NCBI GenBank assembly: GCA_965277895.1 | Contig: CBDIDR010000001.1 | Coordinates: 74 to 64,073 of the forward strand | Reading direction: 5' to 3' | DNA from: Flavobacteriales bacterium | Lineage (GTDB): Bacteria; Bacteroidota; Bacteroidia; Flavobacteriales; UBA7312 | DNA length: 64,000 nt | Shown here: piece by piece, positions 40,170 through 49,102 of the stretch | Position numbering within the stretch: the stretch's first letter is position 1 | Layout: each line of letters begins with the position of its first letter | Notes under the pieces: generated by a model | What the model was told of the DNA's origin: nothing | The model's input: the letters and a program-made list of their open reading frames with translations, nothing else | Database searches by the model: none | Translations under genes and position numbers: made by a program

Positions 40170-41258
40170 CTAATTTTGACCAAATTCCATTAAATACGCT
40201 TTTATAAAATCATTGATTTCACCGTCAAGTACCGCTTGAGTGTTTGAGGTTTCATGCTCAGTTCTTAAATCCTTTACCATTTTGTAAGGGTGTAAAACAT
40301 AATTTCTAATCTGTGAACCCCATTCAATTTTTTTCTTTGAGCCTTCAATCTTATCTTTTTCTGCCTGCCTTTTTCTTAGCTCTATCTCATACAATTGAGA
40401 TTTCAAAAGCTGAAGGGCTTTGTCTTTATTTTCCAATTGAGAACGTGTTTCAGAATTTTCAATAATGATTCCAGTAGGTGCATGCTTTAGCCGAACTGCA
40501 GTCTCAATCTTATTTACTCCCTGACCTCCTGCACCACCTGCTCTAAAGGTATCCCAACTTATCTCAGAAGGGTTTATTTCAATCTCAATAGAATCATCAG
40601 CAAGTGGATACACAAATACAGATGAAAAGGAAGTATGTCGTTTTGCATTTGAATCAAAAGGAGAAATACGAACAAGTCTATGCACACCATTTTCACCTTT
40701 GAGGTTTCCGAAAGCAAAGTCACCATCAAATTGTAAGGTAACAGACTTAATTCCCGCCGCATCACCTGATTGAAAGTCTAATTCTTTGACTTTAAAATTA
40801 TTTTTTTCACCCCACATGATGTACATACGCATAAGCATCTCTGCCCAGTCTTGACTTTCAGTACCTCCAGCACCGGGATTAATAGTCATAATAGCAGGAA
40901 GGTTGTCCTCTTCCTTGCTAAGCATATTTTTGAATTCTAGATCAGTTAGCTTTTGTAAACATTGGTCATACTGTTGATTCATTTCTGACTCATCAACATC
41001 ACCTTCAACAAAAAACTCAAACAGAACAAAAAGGTCATCGAAGCTCTTCTGAAGTTCATTAAAAGCTGTAACCCATACTTTTTGTTTGTTGATATTTTTT
41101 AAATGTTGTTCCGCCTTTTTAGGGTCATCCCAAAAATCAGGAGCTTGAGCTTGTAGCTCCTGCTCTTCAACGAAACTCTTTTTGTCTGGGATAGACAAAA
41201 ACCCCTCTAACTCTGAGATTCTTGTTTTTATATTTTCAATTTGCTCTTCACTAACCAT
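40170..41258 (-). CDS. prfB: Peptide chain release factor 2, encoded in a single frame with no programmed frameshift
   Basis: SPF tripeptide (RISPFDS) and GGQ motif (GAGGQGVNK). The 362-aa ORF is uninterrupted from its ATG. Confidence 0.95.
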   Translation of the reverse strand: MVSEEQIENIKTRISELEGFLSIPDKKSFVEEQELQAQAPDFWDDPKKAEQHLKNINKQKVWVTAFNELQKSFDDLFVLFEFFVEGDVDESEMNQQYDQCLQKLTDLEFKNMLSKEEDNLPAIMTINPGAGGTESQDWAEMLMRMYIMWGEKNNFKVKELDFQSGDAAGIKSVTLQFDGDFAFGNLKGENGVHRLVRISPFDSNAKRHTSFSSVFVYPLADDSIEIEINPSEISWDTFRAGGAGGQGVNKIETAVRLKHAPTGIIIENSETRSQLENKDKALQLLKSQLYEIELRKRQAEKDKIEGSKKKIEWGSQIRNYVLHPYKMVKDLRTEHETSNTQAVLDGEINDFIKAYLMEFGQN

Positions 41259-41277
41259 TGACTACAAATTTAATGTT

Positions 41278-41742
41278 TTAAAGCTTGTGTACACATTCCC
41301 AAACCAATTCAGACTCAAAGCCTTTTCTAAGGATGTAGTCAACTATTTTCTTCTTTTTCACAAAAGGATTTTTATCCTTTAGCATAGCATGTTTTTTATG
41401 GGCTAATTGTGTTATGGTATCACTATAATCTTGCTCATCTATTTCTTGCATTCCTAAGGAAATACAACTTTTTGGGACTTTTAATTTAGAAAGCTCAAAG
41501 GCTATTTTTCGTTTTCCCCATTTTTTTATTTTGAACTTTCCGCTACAATAGGCTCTTGCAAATCGCTCTTCATCTACAAATTTATTTTGAATGAGTTCAA
41601 CTAAAATATCTTCTGATAATGCTGCACTTAAACCATAGCTTTTGAGCTTTGTCATAACCTGAAATTGACAGCGATCCATAATAGCACAATAATGCTGGAT
41701 TTTTTCTTTGGCAACTTTTATATCATATATTTTCTCCCCCAT
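41278..41742 (-). CDS. recX: Regulatory protein RecX
   Basis: It starts MGEKIYDIKVAKEKIQHYCAIMDRCQFQV and is a RecX-like helical repeat protein. The upstream extension to 41817 is rejected. Confidence 0.75.
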   Translation of the reverse strand: MGEKIYDIKVAKEKIQHYCAIMDRCQFQVMTKLKSYGLSAALSEDILVELIQNKFVDEERFARAYCSGKFKIKKWGKRKIAFELSKLKVPKSCISLGMQEIDEQDYSDTITQLAHKKHAMLKDKNPFVKKKKIVDYILRKGFESELVWECVHKL

Positions 41743-41756
41743 CCTTTCAAAGGTAG

Positions 41757-41764
41757 TATTTTTG
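41757..41764 (+). promoter_or_regulatory. Candidate -7 box (TAnnTTTG) for the MFS gene with leaderless-type spacing
   Basis: TATTTTTG ends 6 nt before the ATG at 41771. Confidence 0.35.
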
Positions 41765-41770
41765 TACCCA

Positions 41771-43051
41771 ATGAAAAATAAAAAAGCAATAGGCTTATTA
41801 TTTCTTGCAAACATCATCTCTGGCTTCGCTCAGGGAATTAGTATGATTGCTATACCTTGGTATTTTGCCGATATTTTGGGGATGAGTGGGACTTATGCTA
41901 AGGGGTATGCTCTTCTTACCTTTTTCAGCCTGTTTTGGGGGCTCTATTCTGGGACTTTGATTGATAAATACTCTAGAAAGAAATTATTTCTTTTTTCTAA
42001 TCTAATTTGTGCAATTATTATAGGTTCTATTGCATCTTATGGAATAATAAATGGCTCCACACCGTGGTTTTTAGCCCTTGCTGTCTTTGGAACGACCATG
42101 CTCCACTACAACATTCACTATCCTAATTTGTATGCTTTTGGTCAGGAAATAACAGAGCCTAAAAATTATGCTAAACTTAATGCCTACATAGAAATACAAG
42201 GTCAATCAACAAGTATTTTTGCGGGTGGTTTTGCAGCTATTTTATTAACAGGCACTACTGATGGAAGACTGAATATTTTAGGACTAAACATCCCCCTGCC
42301 ATTTAACTTTGCAGCCTGGGAAATTCACGAAATATTCTTGATGGACGCTTTTACATACTTGTGTGCATTCATCATTATATTATTCATTAAACACATTCCA
42401 TTGGTTAAAAAAGAGATTGATCAGGGAAGTATGTTTACGCGTCTTTACAAAGGTTTTAAGTTTCTGAAAGAAAATCCACTTCTATTTATTTTCGGTGTAT
42501 GTTCATATGCTATATTCACTTTTTTAATAGTAGAGATATTTGTATTAGTGCCTGCCTATGTAAGTCATTATCTTAAAGAAAGTGCGGATGTATTTGCCTC
42601 TTCTGAGGTATACTATTCTATAGGAGCATTATTAGCAGGATTTGGAATCCGTGCAATTACTAAGCGAACTGATATTATAACTAGTATAATTATTTTAATG
42701 GTATTAACCATTATTTCCTGCATACTTTTAACATTCACTAAAAGTATAGCTATATTATTTGCAATGAGCTTATTAATTGGGCTGTGTAATGCCGGCACTA
42801 GAATACTAAGGATTACCTATATTTTTGAAAAGGTATCAAATAATATTATTGGTAGAAGTGGTAGCGTATTTAATTCCATAAGTATTATTATCAGAACATT
42901 TATGATAATACTATTCTCAATGTCATTTTTCGCTTCATCTGAAAATATTAGATATGGATATTTGGTTGGTGCAGCCTTTCTAGTACTTGCACTTATTCCG
43001 CTAGTAAAAAATCGAAATAAATTAAAAGAGTTAGAAGCTATTTCCTCTTAG
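41771..43051 (+). CDS. MFS transporter
   Basis: 426 aa with about 12 TM helices. It starts MKNKKAIGLLFLANIISGFAQG. Confidence 0.7.
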   Translation: MKNKKAIGLLFLANIISGFAQGISMIAIPWYFADILGMSGTYAKGYALLTFFSLFWGLYSGTLIDKYSRKKLFLFSNLICAIIIGSIASYGIINGSTPWFLALAVFGTTMLHYNIHYPNLYAFGQEITEPKNYAKLNAYIEIQGQSTSIFAGGFAAILLTGTTDGRLNILGLNIPLPFNFAAWEIHEIFLMDAFTYLCAFIIILFIKHIPLVKKEIDQGSMFTRLYKGFKFLKENPLLFIFGVCSYAIFTFLIVEIFVLVPAYVSHYLKESADVFASSEVYYSIGALLAGFGIRAITKRTDIITSIIILMVLTIISCILLTFTKSIAILFAMSLLIGLCNAGTRILRITYIFEKVSNNIIGRSGSVFNSISIIIRTFMIILFSMSFFASSENIRYGYLVGAAFLVLALIPLVKNRNKLKELEAISS

Positions 43052-44595
43052 ACGTTTATTACTTTTCGCTCTTTATTAAAGAAACGGTATTGCAATAAAT
43101 GATATCTAGTATCCTCTTCAACTGTAAGCTTACATCCGTAATCGTTAGCCCATGTACGACGTTGGTTTTTAAACCATCCTTTGTTTATATAACTGGCTAC
43201 AAATGGATGAGTTTTTAGTATAACATTTTCACTCTTGTTAACAGCTTTAGCAAGTTTCTGACCAATTTCATCAATTAATAAAATACTGGCTTCTATTTTA
43301 CCTGTGCCTTTACATGAAGGACATCCTTCTTTTGTTTCGATATTAAGCACTGGCCTTACTCTTTGTCGTGTAATTTCTACTAGACCAAACCTTGAAGGTG
43401 GAAGAATATGATGTTTTGCTTTGTCATCGTCCATAAAACCCACTAAGGATTCATAGAGTTTCTTTCTGTTTTCGCCATTGTACATATCGATAAAGTCGAC
43501 GACTATAATACCACCCATATCACGTAATCGTAATTGTCTAGCAACTTCTTCTGCTGCAATTAAGTTAACTTCTAAAGCGTTTGCCTCTTGATCTTGTTTT
43601 GAGTTGACACGCTTACCACTGTTAACGTCAATAACGTGCATAGCTTCTGTATGCTCAATTACAAGATAAGTGCTCTTACGCATGGTTACAGTCTTTCCAA
43701 ATGAGGACTTAATCTGTCGTTCTATCTGAAATTTTTGAAATAATGGCACATTACCTTTGTATAGTCGAACTATTTTTTCTTGATCAGGAGATATTGTAGT
43801 GATGTAATCTTTTATCTCTGAATATAACTTTTCATCATTGACTAGTATTGACACAAAGTCATCATTCAATACGTCACGTAACAAAGAAGCTGTTCTTCCT
43901 AATTCACCTAATACCTTAGCTGGAGGAGTAACTTTCTTTGTCTGTTTGTACATTTTTTGCCATTTCTTGTACAAAAACTTGATATCAGCGTCTAGCTCCG
44001 CAACCATTTTGCCTTGAGCTACAGTCCTGATAATTACACCAAATCCAGGTGGTTTTATACTTTGAACAAGCTTTTTAAGCCTTTTCTTCTCTTCGTTAGA
44101 TTCAATTTTCTGAGAAACAGAAACCTTATTAGAAAAGGGTACTAATACCATGTAACGACCTGCGATAGTTACTTCGGTAGTTAGACGTGGACCTTTGGTG
44201 GAAATAGGCTCTTTAGCAACTTGTACAAGAATTTGATTTCCTGACTTCAAGACATCATTTATTGAGCCTGATTTATCTATCTCAGGTTCATGTTTGAAGT
44301 TTCTTAGTGAAGCTGTATTCAGCTTACCTCCAATGTTCCTTTCAGTAAATTTTTGGAATGTTTTGAACTTAACTCCTAGGTCAAGGTAGTGTAAAAAGCC
44401 GTCTTTTTCGTAACCTACGTCTACGAAAGTGGCATTTAAACCGGTAATAATCTTTTTGACTTTTGCTAAAAAAATATCACCAACTGAGAATTTTGTTCCT
44501 ACTGGTTCTTTGTGTAGTTCTAATAACTGCTTATCTCGAAGTAAAGCAATAACAACCTCGTTAGGTCTAGAATCTACTAGCAATTCATATTTCAA
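43048..44595 (-). CDS. rng: Ribonuclease E/G family endoribonuclease
   Basis: It has an N-terminal S1 domain and a catalytic core with HVIDVNSG, plus the Zn-link CPSCKGTG. It has a TTG start. Confidence 0.9.
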   Translation of the reverse strand: MKYELLVDSRPNEVVIALLRDKQLLELHKEPVGTKFSVGDIFLAKVKKIITGLNATFVDVGYEKDGFLHYLDLGVKFKTFQKFTERNIGGKLNTASLRNFKHEPEIDKSGSINDVLKSGNQILVQVAKEPISTKGPRLTTEVTIAGRYMVLVPFSNKVSVSQKIESNEEKKRLKKLVQSIKPPGFGVIIRTVAQGKMVAELDADIKFLYKKWQKMYKQTKKVTPPAKVLGELGRTASLLRDVLNDDFVSILVNDEKLYSEIKDYITTISPDQEKIVRLYKGNVPLFQKFQIERQIKSSFGKTVTMRKSTYLVIEHTEAMHVIDVNSGKRVNSKQDQEANALEVNLIAAEEVARQLRLRDMGGIIVVDFIDMYNGENRKKLYESLVGFMDDDKAKHHILPPSRFGLVEITRQRVRPVLNIETKEGCPSCKGTGKIEASILLIDEIGQKLAKAVNKSENVILKTHPFVASYINKGWFKNQRRTWANDYGCKLTVEEDTRYHLLQYRFFNKERKVINV

Positions 44596-44670
44596 AATAA
44601 AGTGGCATACAGGAATACATCTCCAAAATAGATAGAATGTATCCCCAGATTGATACTAGTAGAAAGTGTT

Positions 44671-44760
44671 CTACTTTTTCTTGTGTCTATTCTTTCTTAA
44701 ACGCTTTTTGCGTTTGTGAGTAGCCATCTTATGTCTTTTTCTTTTTTTTCCGTTCGGCAT
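44671..44760 (-). CDS. 29-aa hyper-basic peptide, bS22/mS38 (AURKAIP1/COX24)-like small ribosomal-type protein
   Basis: My own translation is MPNGKKRKRHKMATHKRKKRLRKNRHKKK*. It lies between hup and rng on the same strand. It is absent from the ORF track. Confidence 0.6.
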   Translation of the reverse strand: MPNGKKRKRHKMATHKRKKRLRKNRHKKK

Positions 44761-44808
44761 AACCAAATGTTTTATATGTTTCTTAAATTTCTTTTACGTT
44801 CAGAAAAA

Positions 44809-45096
44809 TTAAAGCTGAACGTTAGTCTTTACTTTATTTACAAATTCTTTCGAAGGTTTAAAGGCAGGTATGTTATGAGCAGGAATAATGATAGTCGTAT
44901 TTTTTGAAATATCTCTACCAGTTTTCTCCGCTCTCTTTTTCACAATAAATGATCCAAATCCCCTCAAAAAAACATCTTCACCATTGGAAAGAGAGCCTTT
45001 GACTTCATGCATAAATGCTTCTATAACAGCCTGAACGTCAACTCTTTCTACACCAATTTTATCTGAAATGGAGTTTACAATTTCTAATTTTGTCAT
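44809..45096 (-). CDS. hup: HU family DNA-binding protein
   Basis: 95 aa with the motifs RGFGSF and the arm region RNPKTG-like RDISKNTTIIIPA. Confidence 0.9.
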   Translation of the reverse strand: MTKLEIVNSISDKIGVERVDVQAVIEAFMHEVKGSLSNGEDVFLRGFGSFIVKKRAEKTGRDISKNTTIIIPAHNIPAFKPSKEFVNKVKTNVQL

Positions 45097-45139
45097 AACC
45101 TCAATCTTAAAAAGATGCTTAAATGTTTTAATTTCGCTG

Positions 45140-45147
45140 CAAATATA
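45140..45147 (-). promoter_or_regulatory. Candidate -7 box (TAnnTTTG) for hup
   Basis: The reverse complement is TATATTTG, about 43 nt upstream of the hup ATG. Confidence 0.4.
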
Positions 45148-45210
45148 CTCACTTTTTATTTAAATTTTGATACTTAGCGTTACTTTTAACACCTTATACT
45201 CAACGACTTA

Positions 45211-46245
45211 ATGCAATTTTCATCTCAAATTATTAGCTGGTACTTAGAATTTAAAAGAGACTTGCCTTGGCGAAACACCACTAACCCCTATAACATTTGG
45301 CTATCAGAAATCATTTTACAACAAACCCAAGTTAAGCAAGGCTTACCTTATTACGAGAAGTTTATAACGCATTTTCCAACTGTTGAAAGTTTAGCTAATG
45401 CCAATGAAGAACAAGTACTTAAACTTTGGCAAGGATTAGGCTATTACTCTAGAGCAAGGAATTTACACTTTGCAGCAAAACAAATCGCTGAAAGTGGCAG
45501 TTTCCCAACTAATTATAAAGCTATTTTAGAACTAAAAGGCGTCGGCGAATATACAGCTGCAGCCATTGCTTCATTTGCCTACAAACTTCCTCATGCTGTT
45601 GTTGACGGCAATGTATTTAGACTACTTTCAAGGGTTTATGGTGTTGATATAGCGATAAATAGCACTGAAGGAAAAAAATATTTTTCAAAATTAGCAAATA
45701 CACTGTTGGACACTAAACGCCCAGACACTCACAACCAAGCCATTATGGAATTTGGCGCTATGATGTGTAAACCTAAAAATCCAAATTGTGAACAATGCCC
45801 ATTGAGTAATGAATGCATCGCTTTTAACAGTAATTCTATTGAAGCTTTTCCTGTGAAAATAAAAAAGAACGAATCAAAAGTGCTTTATTTTGACTATTTC
45901 TTCTTCAAGATTGACGGCAACACTTTAGTGAATAAACGTACAGAAAAGGGCATTTGGATGAATTTATTTGAATTTCCATTAATAGTAAATACTGAAAAAA
46001 AATCGGAGAAAAGTATTTTGAATGACATTACATTTCAAAAATGGACTGCAAATACTAATATAAAAATTGACTCAATAAAAGAGATTAAGCACATCTTAAG
46101 TCATAGAATAATTTACGCTCGTTTTTGGGAAATTAACTGTAATGTTGAGCTCCAAAACCATTCATATCAAACTATTAAAATTCAGGATTTAAACACTCTC
46201 GCAATTCCAAGATTGGTTGAAAAATACCTCGATTTAATAAATTAA
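45211..46245 (+). CDS. mutY: A/G-specific adenine DNA glycosylase MutY
   Basis: HhH motif LKGVGEYTAAAI, the 4Fe-4S loop CKPKNPNCEQCPLSNEC, and a C-terminal NUDIX-like domain. Confidence 0.92.
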   Translation: MQFSSQIISWYLEFKRDLPWRNTTNPYNIWLSEIILQQTQVKQGLPYYEKFITHFPTVESLANANEEQVLKLWQGLGYYSRARNLHFAAKQIAESGSFPTNYKAILELKGVGEYTAAAIASFAYKLPHAVVDGNVFRLLSRVYGVDIAINSTEGKKYFSKLANTLLDTKRPDTHNQAIMEFGAMMCKPKNPNCEQCPLSNECIAFNSNSIEAFPVKIKKNESKVLYFDYFFFKIDGNTLVNKRTEKGIWMNLFEFPLIVNTEKKSEKSILNDITFQKWTANTNIKIDSIKEIKHILSHRIIYARFWEINCNVELQNHSYQTIKIQDLNTLAIPRLVEKYLDLIN

Positions 46246-46261
46246 CTCATATATTTTTATT

Positions 46262-46269
46262 TATATTTG
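46262..46269 (+). promoter_or_regulatory. Candidate -7 box (TAnnTTTG) for ssb-gldE-gldD
   Basis: TATATTTG lies 32 nt upstream of the ssb ATG. Confidence 0.4.
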
Positions 46270-46301
46270 GGTGTGAATGTGAAACCCTTAAATCATAAAA
46301 A

Positions 46302-46727
46302 ATGGCAAGCGTAAACAAAGTAATACTAGTTGGAAATTTGGGCAAAGACCCAGAAGTAAGACATTTTGAAAACGGCGGCTCTTTAGCGAGTTTTCCTATT
46401 GCAACTTCAGAAACGTACATCAAAAAAGACACAAACGAGAAAGTAACTCAAACCGAATGGCATACAATTGTTACTAGAGGTGGACTAGCCGCTAAAGTGG
46501 TGGAGCCTTATCTCAAAAAAGGAAACAGCGTATACATTGAAGGTAGATTGAGAACCCGTTCATGGGAAGATAAAGATGGTATTACTAGGTATACTACTGA
46601 AATAATGTGTGACAGCTTAGAAATGCTTGGTAAAAAGTCTGACAATTCAGAAAATGCAATTGACAATAACAGTAATGCGGCAACGCCTCCTGTTCAGGAT
46701 GCACCAGACGACGATTTGCCATTCTAA
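46302..46727 (+). CDS. ssb: Single-stranded DNA-binding protein
   Basis: OB fold (NKVILVGNLGKDPE) and the acidic tip DDDLPF. Confidence 0.95.
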   Translation: MASVNKVILVGNLGKDPEVRHFENGGSLASFPIATSETYIKKDTNEKVTQTEWHTIVTRGGLAAKVVEPYLKKGNSVYIEGRLRTRSWEDKDGITRYTTEIMCDSLEMLGKKSDNSENAIDNNSNAATPPVQDAPDDDLPF

Positions 46728-46750
46728 ATTTTAATTAAAACGAACACCTT

Positions 46751-48061
46751 TTGGACGACGACCCTGAACAGATCATCACTCTTTTACAAACTGTTACTAA
46801 CCAAAGCTTCGACTCAAGCCTAGTTTTTGCTGTACTCAGCATTTTACTTTTGCTAATCTCCTCAGCTCTTATTTCTGGTTCTGAGGTAGCTTTTTTCTCT
46901 CTTGATTCATCAAAACTTGCAGATAAGGATAAAGAATCTGTAAGTCAGATAAAAAAGCTCATGCAAAAGCCGAATCACTTATTGGCTACAATTTTGATTT
47001 CAAATAATTTCATCAATGTTGCCATAGTTATACTATCAACATTCATTACAAACCGATTGTTTGACTTTGCAAACTACCCTATTTTAAGCTTCATTATTCA
47101 GGTAGTAATTGTAACATTTGCTTTATTGCTTTTAGGCGAAGTTATCCCTAAAGTTTATGCCAATCAAAATACTTTAGACTTTGCTAAAATGATGAGCACA
47201 CCACTTACCGTCTTATCAAATATTTTCAAGCCTCTAAGTCAATTACTGGTCTCTTCAACATCAATTATTGAAAAGAGATTTAGATCAAAAGGATATAAAA
47301 TTTCTGTGGATGACCTATCCTCAGCTCTAGATTTGGCTGGAGAAAATGATACCAAAGAGGAAGAAAAACGAATACTTAGAAGTATTGTTGAGTTTGGAAA
47401 CATTCAAGTAAAAGAAATAATGAAGTCAAGAGTTGATGTTACAGCTATTGAGCAAAACACCGACTTTAGTGAGGTTAGAAAAACGGTCATCTCATGTGGA
47501 TATTCAAGGATACCTGTTTTTAAAGAAAATTTTGACACTATATTGGGTATTCTATACATTAAAGATTTATTACCCTTTTTGGAAAAAGAGACTTTCGATT
47601 GGGTAAAACTTATTAGAACCCCTTTCTTTGTTCCTGAAGGGAAGATGATTGACGACTTAATGAAGGAATTCCAAGAAAAAAAGACTCACCTAGCTGTTGT
47701 GGTAGATGAATATGGAGGCACGTCAGGGATTGTTACTCTTGAAGATATTATTGAAGAAATTGTAGGTGATATTAATGATGAATTTGATGATGATGGTATA
47801 CAATTCTCAAAACTGGATAACACCAACTTTATATTTGAAGGTAAAACATCTTTAAATGATGTGCTTAAAACTATCGATGGTGAAATTGATTTCTTTGATG
47901 ACATTAAAGGAGAGTCAGATACGCTTGCTGGATTAATTCTTGAAATGAAAGGTGACATACCTAAGCATGAAGAACGCCTTGTGTTTAAGCAATACACCTT
48001 CACGGTTGAGTCGGTTGATAAAACCAGAGTAAAACGTATTAAAATTACTATTGATGAATAG
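46751..48061 (+). CDS. gldE: Gliding motility-associated protein GldE (DUF21, CBS pair and CorC/HlyC domains)
   Basis: The domain order is typical of the CNNM/CorC family. Its position between ssb and gldD matches Flavobacterium johnsoniae. It has a TTG start. Confidence 0.8.
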   Translation: MDDDPEQIITLLQTVTNQSFDSSLVFAVLSILLLLISSALISGSEVAFFSLDSSKLADKDKESVSQIKKLMQKPNHLLATILISNNFINVAIVILSTFITNRLFDFANYPILSFIIQVVIVTFALLLLGEVIPKVYANQNTLDFAKMMSTPLTVLSNIFKPLSQLLVSSTSIIEKRFRSKGYKISVDDLSSALDLAGENDTKEEEKRILRSIVEFGNIQVKEIMKSRVDVTAIEQNTDFSEVRKTVISCGYSRIPVFKENFDTILGILYIKDLLPFLEKETFDWVKLIRTPFFVPEGKMIDDLMKEFQEKKTHLAVVVDEYGGTSGIVTLEDIIEEIVGDINDEFDDDGIQFSKLDNTNFIFEGKTSLNDVLKTIDGEIDFFDDIKGESDTLAGLILEMKGDIPKHEERLVFKQYTFTVESVDKTRVKRIKITIDE

Positions 48062-48605
48062 ATTTATCTTAATATGTATTGCTTTAACAGTTTTTGCTTG
48101 TAATGAAAGTTACACCCCAAAACCAAGTGGTTATCCGAGAATTGACTTCCCTGAAAAATCTACTTTTTTAGCACAAAGTCATTGTCCATTTAGCTTTGAG
48201 CAACCTGTTTATACTTCTCTAAATTTTCATGACGAAAATAAGTTTTGGTTTGATTTAAAGTTCGAATCTCTCAGCGGAACGCTACATATGAGCTATAAGC
48301 CTTTGAACAATGACTTATACAATTTTACTGAAGATAGTAGAGACTTAGCTTATAAGCATGCTCAAAAGGCTGAAGCTATCAGCGAACAACAATTTATAAA
48401 TGATTCTCTTGGAGTTTATGGTACAGTGTATAGCTTTCAAGGAAATACGGCTACACCATTACAGTTCTTTTTAACTGACAGTGCAAACCACTTTGTTAGA
48501 GGAGCTTTATACTTCAACACGGCTGTAAATGACTCTATTATCCCTATAAGTAATTTCATAAAAGATGATATTTACGCCATCATCGAAAGCTGGAAGTGGG
48601 AATAA
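48051..48605 (+). CDS. gldD: Gliding motility lipoprotein GldD
   Basis: Lipoprotein signal ending VFAC. The blocks YPRIDFPEK, CPFSFE and HFVRGALYF resemble GldD. It overlaps gldE by 11 nt. Confidence 0.8.
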   Translation: MMNRFILICIALTVFACNESYTPKPSGYPRIDFPEKSTFLAQSHCPFSFEQPVYTSLNFHDENKFWFDLKFESLSGTLHMSYKPLNNDLYNFTEDSRDLAYKHAQKAEAISEQQFINDSLGVYGTVYSFQGNTATPLQFFLTDSANHFVRGALYFNTAVNDSIIPISNFIKDDIYAIIESWKWE

Positions 48606-48640
48606 AAAAAAGCCCTTACCAAAAACGGTAAGGACTTTTC
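48606..48640. terminator. Bidirectional terminator between gldD and the yqeY-like gene
   Basis: The stem ccttacc/ggtaagg has a 6-nt loop. An A run lies upstream and a T-rich tract downstream. Confidence 0.55.
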
Positions 48641-48665
48641 TTCAACTGAACTAAAACTTTATTAA

Positions 48666-49100
48666 CTAAGACAAAATTGATTTTACAATTTGAGCAATGA
48701 GTTTTCCATCGGCTCTACCAGCTAATTGCTTGTTAGCAGCACCCATTACTTTACCCATATCCGCCATGCTTGTAGCTCCCATTTGGCTGACTACTGCAGT
48801 AACGGTTTCGCGAATTTCGTCCTCACTAAGCTGATCTGGTAAAAACTCTTGCAAGATAGATACCTGAGCCAATTCATCATCCGCTAAATCCTGACGGTTT
48901 TGCTCAAGATATATAGCGGCGGCATCTTTTCTCTGCTTAACCTGTTTTTGAATGATTTTTTGCTTGGCAGCATCATCTAATTCACCAGCTCCCTTTTCAG
49001 TTTGTGCTACTAAAAAAGCTGATTTAATTGCTCGTAAGGACGAAAGTCTTACCGAATCTTTAGCCAACATGGCTTCTTTAATGTATTTATTAATATCCAT
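48666..49100 (-). CDS. GatB/YqeY domain-containing protein
   Basis: A 144-aa helical protein with the LRAIKSA pattern typical of YqeY. It starts 2 nt after the ftsZ stop. Confidence 0.85.
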   Translation of the reverse strand: MDINKYIKEAMLAKDSVRLSSLRAIKSAFLVAQTEKGAGELDDAAKQKIIQKQVKQRKDAAAIYLEQNRQDLADDELAQVSILQEFLPDQLSEDEIRETVTAVVSQMGATSMADMGKVMGAANKQLAGRADGKLIAQIVKSILS

Positions 49101-49102
49101 GA

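Noticed and set aside
44613-44647. Imperfect hairpin (ggaatacat ... atgtatcc) between the basic-peptide ORF and rng
   Set aside because: The stem has a bulge, the loop is long, and no T run follows on the transcribed strand. That is not enough to call a terminator or attenuator.
44796-44822. An 8-bp hairpin (acgttcag/ctgaacgt) spanning the hup stop codon
   Set aside because: No U tract follows on the minus strand, and the loop contains the stop codon. It could be an mRNA-stability element, but there is no support for a feature call.
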